DNA of 64,000 nucleotides from the human T2T-CHM13v2.0 reference genome, Homo sapiens: assembly GCF_009914755.1 (NCBI RefSeq), contig NC_060940.1, one strand, 5' to 3'. The notes beneath the pieces were generated by a model. It had not been told where the DNA came from. It did no database searches and was given only the letters and a program-made list of their open reading frames with translations. Position numbers and translations under genes: made by a program. Positions 1 to 21,990 of the stretch are shown one piece after another (the first letter of the stretch is position 1; each line of letters begins with the position of its first letter).

Positions 1-103
1 TGGTGGTCGGGGCTCGGGGACAGCAGACCAGAGGAGGCATTGAAGCTCTGGTTTTGGCTGCTCTGCAGAAGGGGCTGGATGGTCACGCTCCGTGGCCTGC
101 AAG
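1..103 (-). CDS. PGAP6: PGAP6 (TMEM8A) coding exon 6, truncated by the window edge
   Basis: Acceptor ggcag at 104-108 (minus strand); reads (A)CRPRSVTIQPLLQSSQNQSFNASSGLLSPSPDH; phase 1 matches exon 5. Confidence 0.9.
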
Positions 104-191
104 CTGCCGAGAGGACAAGGGGTTTGGCTGGAGGAAAGTCTGGGGATCTGGGGAGGGGCAGGGCCATCCCTCCAGCCCTTGTGCGGCCCAC

Positions 192-460
192 CTGTGAGGG
201 CAGCTACAGCACTGAAAGCCACTGTCCCGAGGGGCCCCACCAGGCTCTCAGCTGTCACTTGCAGCCACCGGTCCCAGGGCGGTGAGGGCAGCAGCAGGCG
301 GCAGGGCCAGGGGGCACCGGTGCAGGTGAGCACCTTCTGGAAGTTGCTAGGCAGGGTGACCGGGCCCACGGTGAGACGCACGGGGCAGCCCAGGCTCCCA
401 TTGGACACGCAGTCCCGCAGCTCCAGCAGAAGCTCCCGCGTGTAATCGGGGACAAAGACC
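192..460 (-). CDS. PGAP6: PGAP6 coding exon 5 (269 nt)
   Basis: ctgcag acceptor and GTGGGC donor; reads VFVPDYTRELLLELRDCVSNGSLGCPVRLTVGP...AVAALT in continuous frame. Confidence 0.92.
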
Positions 461-468
461 CTGCAGCG

Positions 469-548
469 AGGGGACACAGCTGGCTCAGGCTCTGCCATTC
501 CTCAGCCCAGGGACGCAGCGTGCCCAGGCTCTGCTGTTCCTCAGCCCA
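469..548. repeat. Two imperfect ~39-bp tandem copies in PGAP6 intron 4
   Basis: gggac-cagc...caggctctgc..ttcctcagccca occurs twice. Confidence 0.6.
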
Positions 549-684
549 CTCTGGTGGGGGCCAGGCATCTGGACCACTTCCCAGCCCAACCCCAGGACTC
601 AGGGCCAGGCTCTCGCACCCACTCCACCGAATCTGAGAAGGGGCCGGAGGGCAGAGCCGGGCTGCCCCCCAGGCCCCCGCTCAC

Positions 685-812
685 TTGAGGTAGCTGGGAT
701 GGGAGAGGAGGGTCTGAGGAAGGGGCACGTCCGGCTCCATGATGGAAATCTCGACCACCCGCGTGACCAGCAGTTCAGGCTGGAAGACGTAGGCACAGGT
801 GGGAGCCAAGCC
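685..812 (-). CDS. PGAP6: PGAP6 coding exon 4 (128 nt)
   Basis: ccctag acceptor and GTGAGC donor; reads GLAPTCAYVFQPELLVTRVVEISIMEPDVPLPQTLLSHPSYLK. Confidence 0.92.
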
Positions 813-1025
813 CTAGGGAAAGAACAGGTGTGGGCGGGGGCGGTGTCAGAGAATGCAGGTGTGAGGGCATGGTCTCACCAGACGCCCCCGGCATGCAGGG
901 AGCAGGGCTGGCCCCAGAGTGCAGCGTGGAGCCTAGAGCGAGGACCACCCCAAAGAGGTGAACGGCAGGGACAGGCCATCGCCGCAAGGTTCTCTGCCTC
1001 CATCCCGGAGGGCAGCCCCCCTCAC

Positions 1026-1233
1026 CTTCAACTCGATCTTCTGGGATGAGGGGGGCAGGTGGGCGGCCACGAACCAGTCCCCGGGGGCCGGGTGGGAAAC
1101 GTTGACGGAGGCATTGCTTCTCGGTGTGGTGCTCAGCGGCACCCCGACCTGGAAGGAGGGCTGTACCGCGGTGTCGTCCGGGAAGCTGGTGCCCAGCGGG
1201 TTGATGACCGGAGGGGCGCCGGAACGGAAGTGC
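1026..1233 (-). CDS. PGAP6: PGAP6 coding exon 3 (208 nt)
   Basis: tctccag acceptor and AAG|GTGAG donor; reads HFRSGAPPVINPLGTSFP...HPAPGDWFVAAHLPPSSQKIELK, with the TMEM8-family PGDWF motif. Confidence 0.93.
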
Positions 1234-1318
1234 CTGGAGACGGGAGAGCAGCACCGGGTTCAGGCACAGGGCTTGGCCAGGCGCGGGAGGGTGGGCAGGC
1301 GGGCGGGCAGCCACCTAC

Positions 1319-1496
1319 ACGGTGATCTCCGCGTCGGTGCAGGCAGCGCCGCTCTCCCGGGAGACCTGCAGGAGCCAGCGTAGAAGCACAGCATCTGGGG
1401 GCACGCGGAAGCGGAAGAGCCTGGCACTGCCGTACCAGCTGTAGAAGGACAGCCTCTGCGGGGCCTGCGAGAAGTGCTCGGACACCAGCCCCACCT
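1319..1496 (-). CDS. PGAP6: PGAP6 coding exon 2 (178 nt)
   Basis: cacag acceptor and GTAGGT donor; reads EVGLVSEHFSQAPQRLSFYSWYGSARLFRFRVPPDAVLLRWLLQ...EITV. Confidence 0.93.
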
Positions 1497-1786
1497 CTGT
1501 GAGGAGAAGGAGGTGTCAGCCAGGCCGGGACCCTCCTCCAGGGCCGCAGATGGGGAGGACGAGTCCCCCAGATGGAAAGGGCTGGAAGCCCCCGGGGACC
1601 CACCTGGAGATCTTGGCACACCAACTCTGACCTTGGCAAAGGTCACCGACACCCTCTGGCCCCTCAGCCAGATCCTCTGCTGTCCCTCCCCAGATGGCCT
1701 ACATCCCACCCTCCTGGCATCTGGGTCTTTTCACAGCTGCCGCCTCACTGCAGCAGCTTCCAAACAAGCCGCAGGGTACCTCAGCA

Positions 1787-2411
1787 GCCATCGCCACCCT
1801 GACTGCCATCGCCACCCGCACTGCCATCCCCACCCGCACTGCCATCGCCACCCTGACTGCCATCGCCACCCTGACTGCCATCGCCACCCGCACTGCCATC
1901 CCCACCCGCACTGCCATCCCCACCCACACTGCCATCGCCACCCGCACTGCCATCGCCACCCGCACTGCCATCGCCACCCGCACTGCCATCGCCACTCTGA
2001 CTGCCATCCCCACCCGCACTGCCATCGCCACCCTGACTGCCATCGCCACCCGCACTGCCATCGCCACCCACACTGCCATCCCCACCCGCACTGCCATCGC
2101 CACCCACACTGCCATCGCCACCCGCACTGCCATCGCCACTCTGACTGCCATCCCCACCCGCACTGCCATCGCCACCCGCACTGCCATCGCCACCCGCACT
2201 GCCATCGCCACCCTGACTGCCATCGCCACCCACACTGCCATCCCCACCCGCACTGCCATCGCCACCCTGACTGCCATCGCCACCCACAATGCCATCCCCA
2301 CCCGCACTGCCATCGCCACCCGCACTGCCATCCCCACCCGCACTGCCATCGCCACCCGCACTGCCATCGCCACCCGCACTGCCATCGCCACCCACACTGC
2401 CATCGCCACCC
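1787..2411. repeat. 18-bp minisatellite (GCCATCGCCACCCGCACT)n, about 34 copies, PGAP6 intron 1
   Basis: Visible 18-nt period with variant units (ccctga, ccacac, atcccc). Confidence 0.97.
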
Positions 2412-4110
2412 GGACCCCCTCCAACCTTAGAAGACTACACTCCCCATGGCCAACCCAGGTCGAAGCCGAAGGACCCAGCAGGTGTCAGGAAGGAGCCCCC
2501 GCCCCTCATCACAGATGCCCTGGATATCAAGGCACGGTCCTCCCACCTCCTCTCAGCCTCCCACATCTCCATCCCTGGATGGGTTGGCTGCCTGCTTGGG
2601 CTATGATGACTTTGGACACGGCGAGACCGGAGCCCAAATTCCCCTTACCCAGAGGGAGATACTGCATGTGGGAGGGACCCAGGCCAGAAGCCTGGCCAGT
2701 CATGAGAACAAGGGGACAGCTGCCCTCTGCGTTCCAAGCGGGCAAGGCTCCTAACTGTCCTCAGGGAACGCACCCACGCCTGGTGCGGGGATGGAGAAGG
2801 GCCCGTGGGAGACATCCTGCTCATGGCCCCAGGCGAGGACTCAGGCTCTCACCCCCAGCCCCCCGTGCCAGCTCCAGCCTCGTGCCCTTGCGACCTTGGG
2901 CATCCTTCCCTCCCTGGGTCCCAGCCTTCTCCTGGGTAGGTCAGGGCGGAGGGCACATCCCTTTGGGGGCCCCTCCCTCCGAGGTTAATTAAGGACAAAG
3001 GCTTCAGAAGGAAAAGCACAGTGGACACAGCAGGGGGCGGGACCCTCCCCTCTGCTGCAGCTCCCCCTCCCCACACACTCAGGAGCGCTGCCTAGGTCTC
3101 ACTGGAGAGTGGCTGGCTCAGGCCCAGGCCCCTCCTGAGGAGGGAGACAGGTGAGCAGCAGGCTCTCCTGCCAGCCTCGTGACCCTCCCATAGAGGCACC
3201 AGAAGAAACGATACACCTGCCAATAGCAGCCTGTCGGCAAATCCAGGCCAAGCTCCAGGGGAACCTGGCGTGGCGACTGGGCAGGGGCTGGCCAGGCTCC
3301 ACCCACGACGCACTCCAGGCTTTCCAGGTGTCTGCTGGCCACCAGGTCCCACCCACCAGGCTGTGGCCTGATAATGTGGGCAGAGAAAGCTCAAGTGCTG
3401 GGAGCTGAAGCAGGACAGCCCCCCAGGACCACGGTGTCCCGGAGAAAGCCGGCCTCTGCGGGGGCAGGCAGGGGAGGCCACCTGCAGCACACACAGCCCC
3501 TGGGCTGCTGGGGCAAAGCCCTCAGCCCCTCTGGCCCTGGAGCGCCAGCCTGAGGGCACCTAGAACCCAGCTGGTGGCTGTGAAGTTTCAGCAGGTACAC
3601 AGAGATAAGAGATCTGTTCAAGGTTGTCCTAACACCCAGTCCCCGACTCCCAGGGCTCACAGCCCCTCCAGGCCTCTCCCAGGGCTCTGCAGCCCAAGCT
3701 CCCTGCCCAAGTTGCCCACACATACCAGGCTGTTAGGGGTGCTCTGAGCCGAGGTGACCACAGGGTGAGGAGGGCCAGCTACACAGCCCCCTGCCTGCCC
3801 CACAGCCCCTCCACGGACACAGGGCTGGGTGGGGAAGGTGGTAATGCAAGTCCCTGGCCCTGTCCTGGGAACCTGAGTGAAGACCCCAGACCCACGTCCT
3901 CCAAACCGGGACAGGCACCCATGGGAGACCCTGACCACCCACAACGCCACAGAGCACTTACTCCTCGGCAGGCTGGGAGGAGTGAGGGGCTGAGCCAGCA
4001 CACCAGGCCTCTCCACTGTCCACACACAGGGGTTCCATCTCCCAGGAACCCCTCACCAGGCCTGAGTTCTGGGACAGGAGAATTTCCTTTGCCAGTTTCC
4101 AACGGAGTAA

Positions 4111-4552
<442 letters not shown>

Positions 4553-5079
4553 ATGGAGCAATTTAATCCGGGGCACGGTCCTCGGGGAAAACTGCCTTTC
4601 ATCTCTACCTGTGCCAAGCTCAGAAAGCAGGAGGCACAGCCCCCGAAAGAAACAGGAGCTCAAAGGAGCATTATTTCAGGGGCAGGGGAGGGGAGGGGCT
4701 GGGGGCCGGGAAGTCGGGGAACAGCACCGCATCAGCTGCCGGGCACCTGGGCACCCGCGTGGCTGGGGACGTGTGGGAACTTCCAGCCGGCCAGAAAGGA
4801 CACGGCCCCTCCAGAGTCCCAGGCCACAGAGGCCGGGGCAAGTCCTCACCATCTCAGGGTGGCCAAGGCCTGACGGTCTCCACACCCACGTCCCTACCCC
4901 GTGGAAGGGCTACGCCTTCTCCCTGGTCCAGCCGCCTCCTTGGACCTCAGTCAGGGACGGGGACCCTCAGGGAACAGAAATGCAAAGGGAGCCCGGCGAG
5001 TTTCCCAACAAGAGGGGAGAGGGGCGCCCTTTCCTCAGCCCCTCTTCCGCCAGCTGGGAGTCCCTCCTCCCAGAAGCCG

Positions 5080-6480
5080 GGCCGGCGGCAGGAAGCGGCC
5101 GTACCAGGGCTGGGGGTCACTGCGGAAGGGCTGGAGCCATGACGCCCACGGGCCCCCGCTACAGGGTCTAACAACTTTCTCCCGGCTCTGCCCCTCTCTC
5201 AGGCCGGACCCGGCCGGTGAGCTCACGGCCCAGCCACTCCTCCCAGCTGGAGTCCCGGGCAGAGTCCCCTGGGCCCCTCCACTTCCCCGCGCCGGGCGCG
5301 CCGGACCTGGGCGCTCTGGGAGGAGGAGGGAGGGGAGGGGGCGCTCCAGGGGCCGATGTGGCCCAACCCCGATCGGGGGACCGAGGAGGAAGCGCGGGGT
5401 CCCGTCCGCCTCGACCCCTAGGACACGAAGCGCCCCAAAGGGCCACTGTGCACCCCCAACCCGCGGCGGGGACCCCCAACCCCGCGCCGGCGCCAGATGA
5501 GCGCACAGGTGCGCCCGGGGTGTCACAATCCCGCCCCGCCCGCAGCCCCGGCCCCACGCCCCCGATGGCGCCCGCGCCTCCCGCTCACCGCTCTTCCCGC
5601 TGTAGCCGGCGGAGGCAGGCGGGGGCCGGGCAAGCAGCAGCAGCAGCAGCGGCCCCGCCACCACCGCGGCCACCGCCTCGCCCCCGGTCCCGGTGCCAGC
5701 CCGGCCCATGGCTCCGCGCTCGGCCCGGCGCTACCCGGCCCGCGTCCCGCGCCGCCGGCCCCCGCCGCCGCCCGGGCAGCCTCTGCCGCCTCCGCCTCTG
5801 CCGCCTCCGCCTCTGCCCCCGGCGCCCATGGCCCGGCCGGTCCCCGCCGCCGTCGCCCCGGGCACTTCCGCCCGCAGGCCCCGCCCCGCAGGCCGAGCCG
5901 GGAAGGCGAGGGCGGGGTCGGGGGGCGGGACCGGGGGGGGCGCGGACGCCGGGGGGAGGGGTCACGTGGGGCGCCGGTAGGGGGGAGGGGTCACGTGGGG
6001 CGCGCGGGGGACGGACCGGGGCGCGCGCGGTCCGGGGGGACGCTGGAGGGAGGGCGCGGGATGGAGGGATCGCGGGGGTCCCAGGACGGAGAGGTCGCGC
6101 CGGGCGCGCTCGGAACACGCAGGAAATTCTCCCCGAGGCGTGGGCTCCGCGGGGCTTCCCCGCCGGTTCGCTGAGTCCCAGCTCCGCTCGGCCGGGACCT
6201 CCGTGGCAGGCTCGGGGAGCCCGCGGGGGGCAGAGGCGCCGACCTCCGCCTGGGACCGAGAGGAACCCGCGCCCTGCCCTGCCCCGCCCGGCGCGCGTGG
6301 GCCTGAGTCAGGCGCCTCAGCACGGGGACCCCCGGGCCGGCCTTCACGCCGCAGAGCCGCTGCAGGTGCGTGTCAGATCCACGCTTTTATGCACAGACGA
6401 GAAGGCTGCTTGTGTTTAGGGACTGTAGTACCCGATCGGGGTGGCGGTTCACACGGGTGCGTGGCATCAACTCCCGGCGC
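5080..6480. promoter_or_regulatory. CpG island / PGAP6 promoter, probably bidirectional
   Basis: Very high GC and CpG density; GC boxes; ETS-like CACTTCCG at ~5863; two GTCACGTG E-boxes at 5961 and 5990. Confidence 0.9.
5589..5709 (-). CDS. PGAP6: PGAP6 (TMEM8A, GPI-specific phospholipase A2) coding exon 1, signal peptide
   Basis: GAGCCATGG start; reads MGRAGTGTGGEAVAAVVAGPLLLLLLARPPPASAGYSGKS with a hydrophobic core; donor G|GTGAGC; 121 nt, phase 1. Confidence 0.95.
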
Positions 6481-6810
6481 TTTGCACCTGGATGGATTCC
6501 CACCATGTAAGATTTGAGCCGAAAAAAGGAAGCGATAAAGCCTAGAAAACTCGGGGAAGCTTTTTCCGTCTTAGGGCCAAGTCGGCTTTTCCAAGCGTGG
6601 CACAGAGTCCAGAAGTTCCGCCGCGTCGTGGGTGGGAGGGGGGTGGGGGCGTCTGCAAAGCCAAACTGCATAAGCGAAGTCCAAAAGACGAGCCCCCGAC
6701 TGGGAGGTGGGGGACACAGCTTGCAGCTCACACCGCAGAGCTCACCTTAATAAGACTAGTAACAGTGCAGTAATAAACAGCTCTAAATCAATCACAGAAA
6801 CGCTCCCCTA

Positions 6811-7101
<291 letters not shown>

Positions 7102-8460
7102 TTAAAGGAAAACCCCATTAAAGTGACTTCTTTTTCCTTTCACCTAACACATTGGCAAATAAAAACTGTACTAACAGGTGAGACTGTGGCCCACAGACAC
7201 TGCTTGCAGCAGGCAGAGGATGTGGGAGCCTCGTGGGAACCCCCCCGACTTGTCCACTGAAGTAACAGCAGCAATGACCTTCCCTCGGGAATTCCACCTC
7301 TGCGTTTTTCCCTCCAGGTACGTTCACGGAAGTGGCACACTGCATGCGTCCAGTGAGTCAATGTGGCACCGCCTACATGCGTGTCACTGGCCGGTGGGAC
7401 ATTCAAATCATTCATACGGGGTCTAGACGAGACAGAGCGCGGCCGAGACAGGAAAGACAGGAAGCGCTGTGCTGCTTGGAAATGGTCCACCAGGTGCAGC
7501 AGTAGCTGCAAGAAAGGAACAGGAAGAACGGTGTGTTCAAAGCTCTACCATTTGTGTAGAAAAGGGAGAAAAACACGTTTCCTTTGTGTGTGTCAAAGGC
7601 ATCGAATGTCTGGAATGATCCAGCACCGGCTACACTGGTTGACCTTGGAGGAGGAGAGGCGGGGTGGGGATGGGGATGGCCGCAGGGACCATACCTGTTT
7701 GTACCTTTTGAACGCCGCAGCGGGTGGTGAGGGTTTACGGAGCGGGGGAGGGGAAGCTGACTCCACGAGCCCAGACCCCTGAAGGCCAGAGCAGCGGAGG
7801 TGGAGGGTGTTGGCCGGGGAGGAAGGAAGCCCCGGCTGAGCCTTAAAGAGACCCTTTGTTTCCCGGGAATCCCAGCTGGGCCGTCCTCAGCCCCGACTGA
7901 GGGGAAAGGGGGGCTCCCAGGGGTTCTCATTTTAAAGGCACGGAGGTCAGATTGCAGATTTTGCTGAGCCGTGATTTGAGTGTGCTGTGCCGGACTGCAC
8001 CCAGCAACCAAGGTCAGCACCAGCACCCAGGACTGCTCCAGACCCAGTCCCTGCTCCAGGCTGGGCCCAAGCCCCCCTCCTCCCACTGCCCTCCCCTGAG
8101 TGAGTCACCTTAGTCTGAGGTTCCTGTGCCCCAAGTCACCCACCGGAGAGGGAGAGAAGCGGCAGAGCCCCCACTTCCAGTGCTCCAGCTGAGGGCTGGT
8201 GAACTTGAAGGTGGGTAAGAATCCCCAGACGGAAGTCCAGAGACGTCTGCTAAGTCACAGAGTGTTGGCAATGGAGAGACTCTTCTGTAACAGGAAACAC
8301 AGCTCAGTCAGGCTACTGGTCAGGGAAACAAAACAAGCCACTTTGTCAAAAAACAGCCACGCAGCCCTTGCCACAACAGATGCTCACACTTTGCTGGCAG
8401 GCATGTGAACCCCCTCAACCTTCTGAAAATTATTGTGCCAACATTAAAATGTAATGGAGA

Positions 8461-9068
<608 letters not shown>

Positions 9069-9198
9069 TGTAATGGAGAACACTAAGGCCTAGAGACAGA
9101 CACACAAGGATGTTTGCAGCAGAACTGCTTGTATTTGGAAAAACCTGGGCGCTCCATGAGGGCAATGGGTAAATAAATCATGCTATAATATACTCTGA

Positions 9199-9812
<614 letters not shown>

Positions 9813-10564
9813 TACTCTGAATATTTATGCAACTTTTAGATGGGTCTATAAATGTGTCTTCAGAAGGAATGTCAGTAAAGTGAAAAATCCAGTTGCTGGA
9901 TAACAGGGACGCATCGTATTTCCAAACAAACAGGAAGACCCTCAAGCCCCCTCCCCAGGTCCCCCTCTAGTGAGCCTGGGTGAGGGTAGACTCCAGCTGC
10001 CTGCAGCCTGGCCGGAGGGGAGGGTTGCTGGGTGTGGGAGCAGCTTTCCACAGTCGGTGTGCTCTTCGCCCAGCAGCAATAAGCATTATTATAGTTGTCT
10101 TGGATAAAAATATCAAAAGTTAAATAAAAGCAAAAAAAAAAAGCCGTAATCCAATTTTCTCCAAATAACCACCCTGTGCACCTCCTGCAAATGCTTCCTG
10201 TGTGCAAGACTGTGTGAGGACCCCTCTCTCTCTGTGGACACTCTCCCAGGCTCTGCAGGTTGAAAGGAGTTTCCCTCTGTCTGTTCATGGCCACCTGGTA
10301 GACATGGGAGACCCTGTCTTCCCACTCCGCCCCGAGTTTCCTGAGGGCAGGAGATGGGTCTCTCTCACTCTGTGGTCAGGCAGGAGGAGTGCAGACCGTA
10401 ACCCTGTCTTTCTGACCCAGTGCCCTAACCTGTCAGCATGAACCACACCACAGGTGCCCAGACATCAGAGTTTCACAGACAGAAATAGTTTCCCCAGAGT
10501 TTTGGGGCTTTTTTAGGCTCAACTATCATGCATTATTATTCTTTCATAAAAAAAGGGTCATTTT

Positions 10565-11357
<793 letters not shown>

Positions 11358-11376
11358 CTAATTAAATCATTCAAGG

Positions 11377-11671
<295 letters not shown>

Positions 11672-11712
11672 TCATTTCCCAATCCAAAAAAGTAGGAAGT
11701 ATGTACCCTTTT

Positions 11713-12865
<1,153 letters not shown>

Positions 12866-13717
12866 TAGTAGAGATGGGGTTTCATCATGTTGGCCAGGAT
12901 GGTCTTGATCTCCTGACCTCAGGTGATCCGCCCGCCTCGGCCTCCCAAAGTGCTGGGAATGACAGTTCAGTTTTTTGTTGTTTTACATTCAGTCCAGCTT
13001 TTTGTTGTTGTTTTACGTTCAGCGGATGGCAGTAGACGGGTTTTTCTTTTTCCTTTTTTTTTTTTTTTATTGAGACAGGGTCTTGCTGTGTCGCCCAGGC
13101 TGGAGTGTAGTGGGAACATGGTGGCTCCCTGCAGCAATGGCCTCCTGGGATCAAAGGATCCCCCTGCCTCAGTCTCCCAGGTGATTACAGGCCAGCACCA
13201 GCACGCCCAGCAGTGGTTCTTATTTATCCCCATTTTGTCTGAGCAAATGAATGCCTGTCCTGGGTGTGGGTGCGAGTGAGCTGGAAGATGAAGGGCATGG
13301 GCAGTGACCGCACAGCGCTCAGCCTGCAGGGAGCCTGGGGTGAGTCCAGCAGCACTGGAGCGCGGAACCACAGCAGATGTCCTTGTCCCTTCCAAGGGGT
13401 GGGAACAAAGGTGACAGGGACAGAGATGGCTGCCGGGGTAGGAGGCCCAAGAGTTGCTCTCTGCTGAGAAGGCTCCCCTTGGTGTCCCTCAGAAGTGTAC
13501 CTGGGCGGGCCGATGGGACTGGGACTGAGGCTGTGCTCCTCCTACAAGGAGGGGCCCACTCTTCCTGGATCTCCCTGCAGTGACCTCAGCAGAGGTGAAA
13601 GAGGTCTAGCCGGGCACAGTGGCTCACGCCTGTAATCCCAGCACTTTGGGAGGCTGAGGCAGGCGGATCACCTGAGGTCAGGAGATCGAGACCATGGTGA
13701 AACCCCGTCGCTACTTA

Positions 13718-20170
<6,453 letters not shown>

Positions 20171-20687
20171 CTTTTTCAAGACTCATTAAGTAAGTTCTAG
20201 CAGTGGGAGACCTAACCATTTCAAATAGTAGCATGCTGTGCTATCTACCCAAATATTACCGTACCTGTGAATTCTGTTGGTGACAAAGTCACAGGCCCTG
20301 CAACTATGAATGTGGCTTCTTCCTTATATCCGCAATTGAATGAATTAGAGGAATGCAGTCACATCAGAGGCCATTTGAGAATAAAGGTCGGATTTTTCCC
20401 CATTCAAATTCACAGACCAGGCTCACATCTGTAATCCCAGCACCTTGGGAAGCCAAGGCAGGAGGATTTCTTGATCCCAGGAGTTTGAGACCAGCATGGG
20501 CAACATAGGGAGGCCCCATCTCTACAAAAAATTAAAATATTAGCTGGTTGTGGTGGCGCGGGTCTGTAGTCCCGCCTACTCGTCCTGGCCGCAGAGTCAG
20601 CGTCTCCGGAGCGCCTCCTTCTCCCGCCCTGGGGCTCACGTGGGAATTTCACCCTCCATTGGAGGGGGCTCAGACCAGGGCTTCTAG

Positions 20688-20954
<267 letters not shown>

Positions 20955-20959
20955 TGAAC

Positions 20960-21540
20960 ATTTCCCCCGTGAGCGCCGGGCCACGGGGGTCCGGGGCGGC
21001 GGGGGGCTCCGGGGCGGCGGGGGGCTCCCGGGCGGGCGGGGGCGGGTCTCGGGCTGGCACCGCCCTCCGCGCCCGCTCCTCGCGCTCACAGCGGCCCGCG
21101 GGCCGGGCGTCATGGGCGGCCTCTTCTGGCGCTCCGCGCTGCGGGGGCTGCGCTGCGGCCCGCGGGCCCCGGGCCCGAGCCTGCTAGTGCGCCACGGCTC
21201 GGGTGAGTGGGGCCGCGCGCCCCGGCGGGGACGCGGAGGGGAGGAAGGGGCGCGCGCCGCTCGGCCTTTGTGCGCGCACGTGCGGGCTGGGGTCCGACTC
21301 CCCCAGAGGCCTCGGGGCGCGGGCTGCGGGGTCCGTCCGAGTTGGGGAAGGCGCCGGCTCGCACCCGCACGCCCCTCCAGTGCCCGTCCGGCTCTGCGGC
21401 TCCTTCTCGCCTCCCCAGGCCCCAGGCTGCAGGCGCCCGGCGAGTTGGCAGCCTGGGCGGGTCCGGGGCGACCGAGGGCCCGGGAGCGCAAGGAAGGCAG
21501 AGGCCGGCTGCAGCACTGGGCGGGGAGGGGGTCTCCCGGC
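20960..21540 (+). promoter_or_regulatory. NME4 CpG-island promoter
   Basis: CpG-dense; GC boxes at 21030-21046; TATA-less; directly upstream of the ATG at 21112. Confidence 0.88.
21112..21202 (+). CDS. NME4: NME4 (mitochondrial nucleoside diphosphate kinase D) exon 1, mitochondrial targeting peptide
   Basis: Reads [30 protein letters not shown] (Arg-rich, no acidic residues); donor G|GTGAGT; 91 nt. Confidence 0.96.
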
Positions 21541-21990
21541 CGGGGTGGGGGTGGGGGTGTGGGGGGGTGAGGGAGTCGGGGGGTGGGGGTGGGGGTGTGG
21601 GGGGGTGAGGGAGTCGGGGGGTGGGGGTGGGGGGGTGAGGGAGTCGGGGGGTGGGGGTGGGGGGGTGAGGGAGTCGGGGGGTGGGGGGGTGGGGGGGGTG
21701 AGGGAGTCGGGTGGGGGTGGGGGTGGGGGGGTGAGGGAGTCGGGGGGTGGGGGTGGGGGTGGGGGGGTGAGGGAGTCGGGGGGTGGGGGTGGGGGTGGGG
21801 GGGGTGAGGGAGTCGGGGGGTGGGGGGGTGGGGGGGGTGAGGGAGTCGGGTGGGGGTGGGGGTGGGGGGGTGAGGGAGTCGGGGGGTGGGGGTGGGGGGG
21901 GTGAGGGAGTTGGGGGGTGGGGGTGGGGGGGTGAGGGAGTCGGGGGGTGGGGGTGGGGGGGTGAGGGAGTCGGGGGGTGGGGGTGGGGGG
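21541..21990. repeat. G-rich ~30-37-bp minisatellite (GGGGGTGAGGGAGTCGGGGGGTG...), about 13 units, NME4 intron 1
   Basis: GTGAGGGAGT core repeated 13 times between G-runs. Confidence 0.95.

Noticed and set aside
1787-2411. CRISPR-like array (also considered for the 37-, 35- and 13-bp repeats)
   Set aside because: Head-to-tail units with no unique spacers, no cas genes and a human context.
1474-2992. 318-aa His/Cys-rich and 432-aa ORFs as novel metal-binding or repeat proteins
   Set aside because: They stay open only because the VNTR unit is 18 bp and mostly stop-free; they are antisense within a PGAP6 intron with no promoter or splice support.
5035-6517. Long overlapping ORFs (up to 400 aa) across the PGAP6 CpG island
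   Set aside because: Stops are scarce in very GC-rich DNA; only the first 40 codons of the 5709 ORF are true exon.
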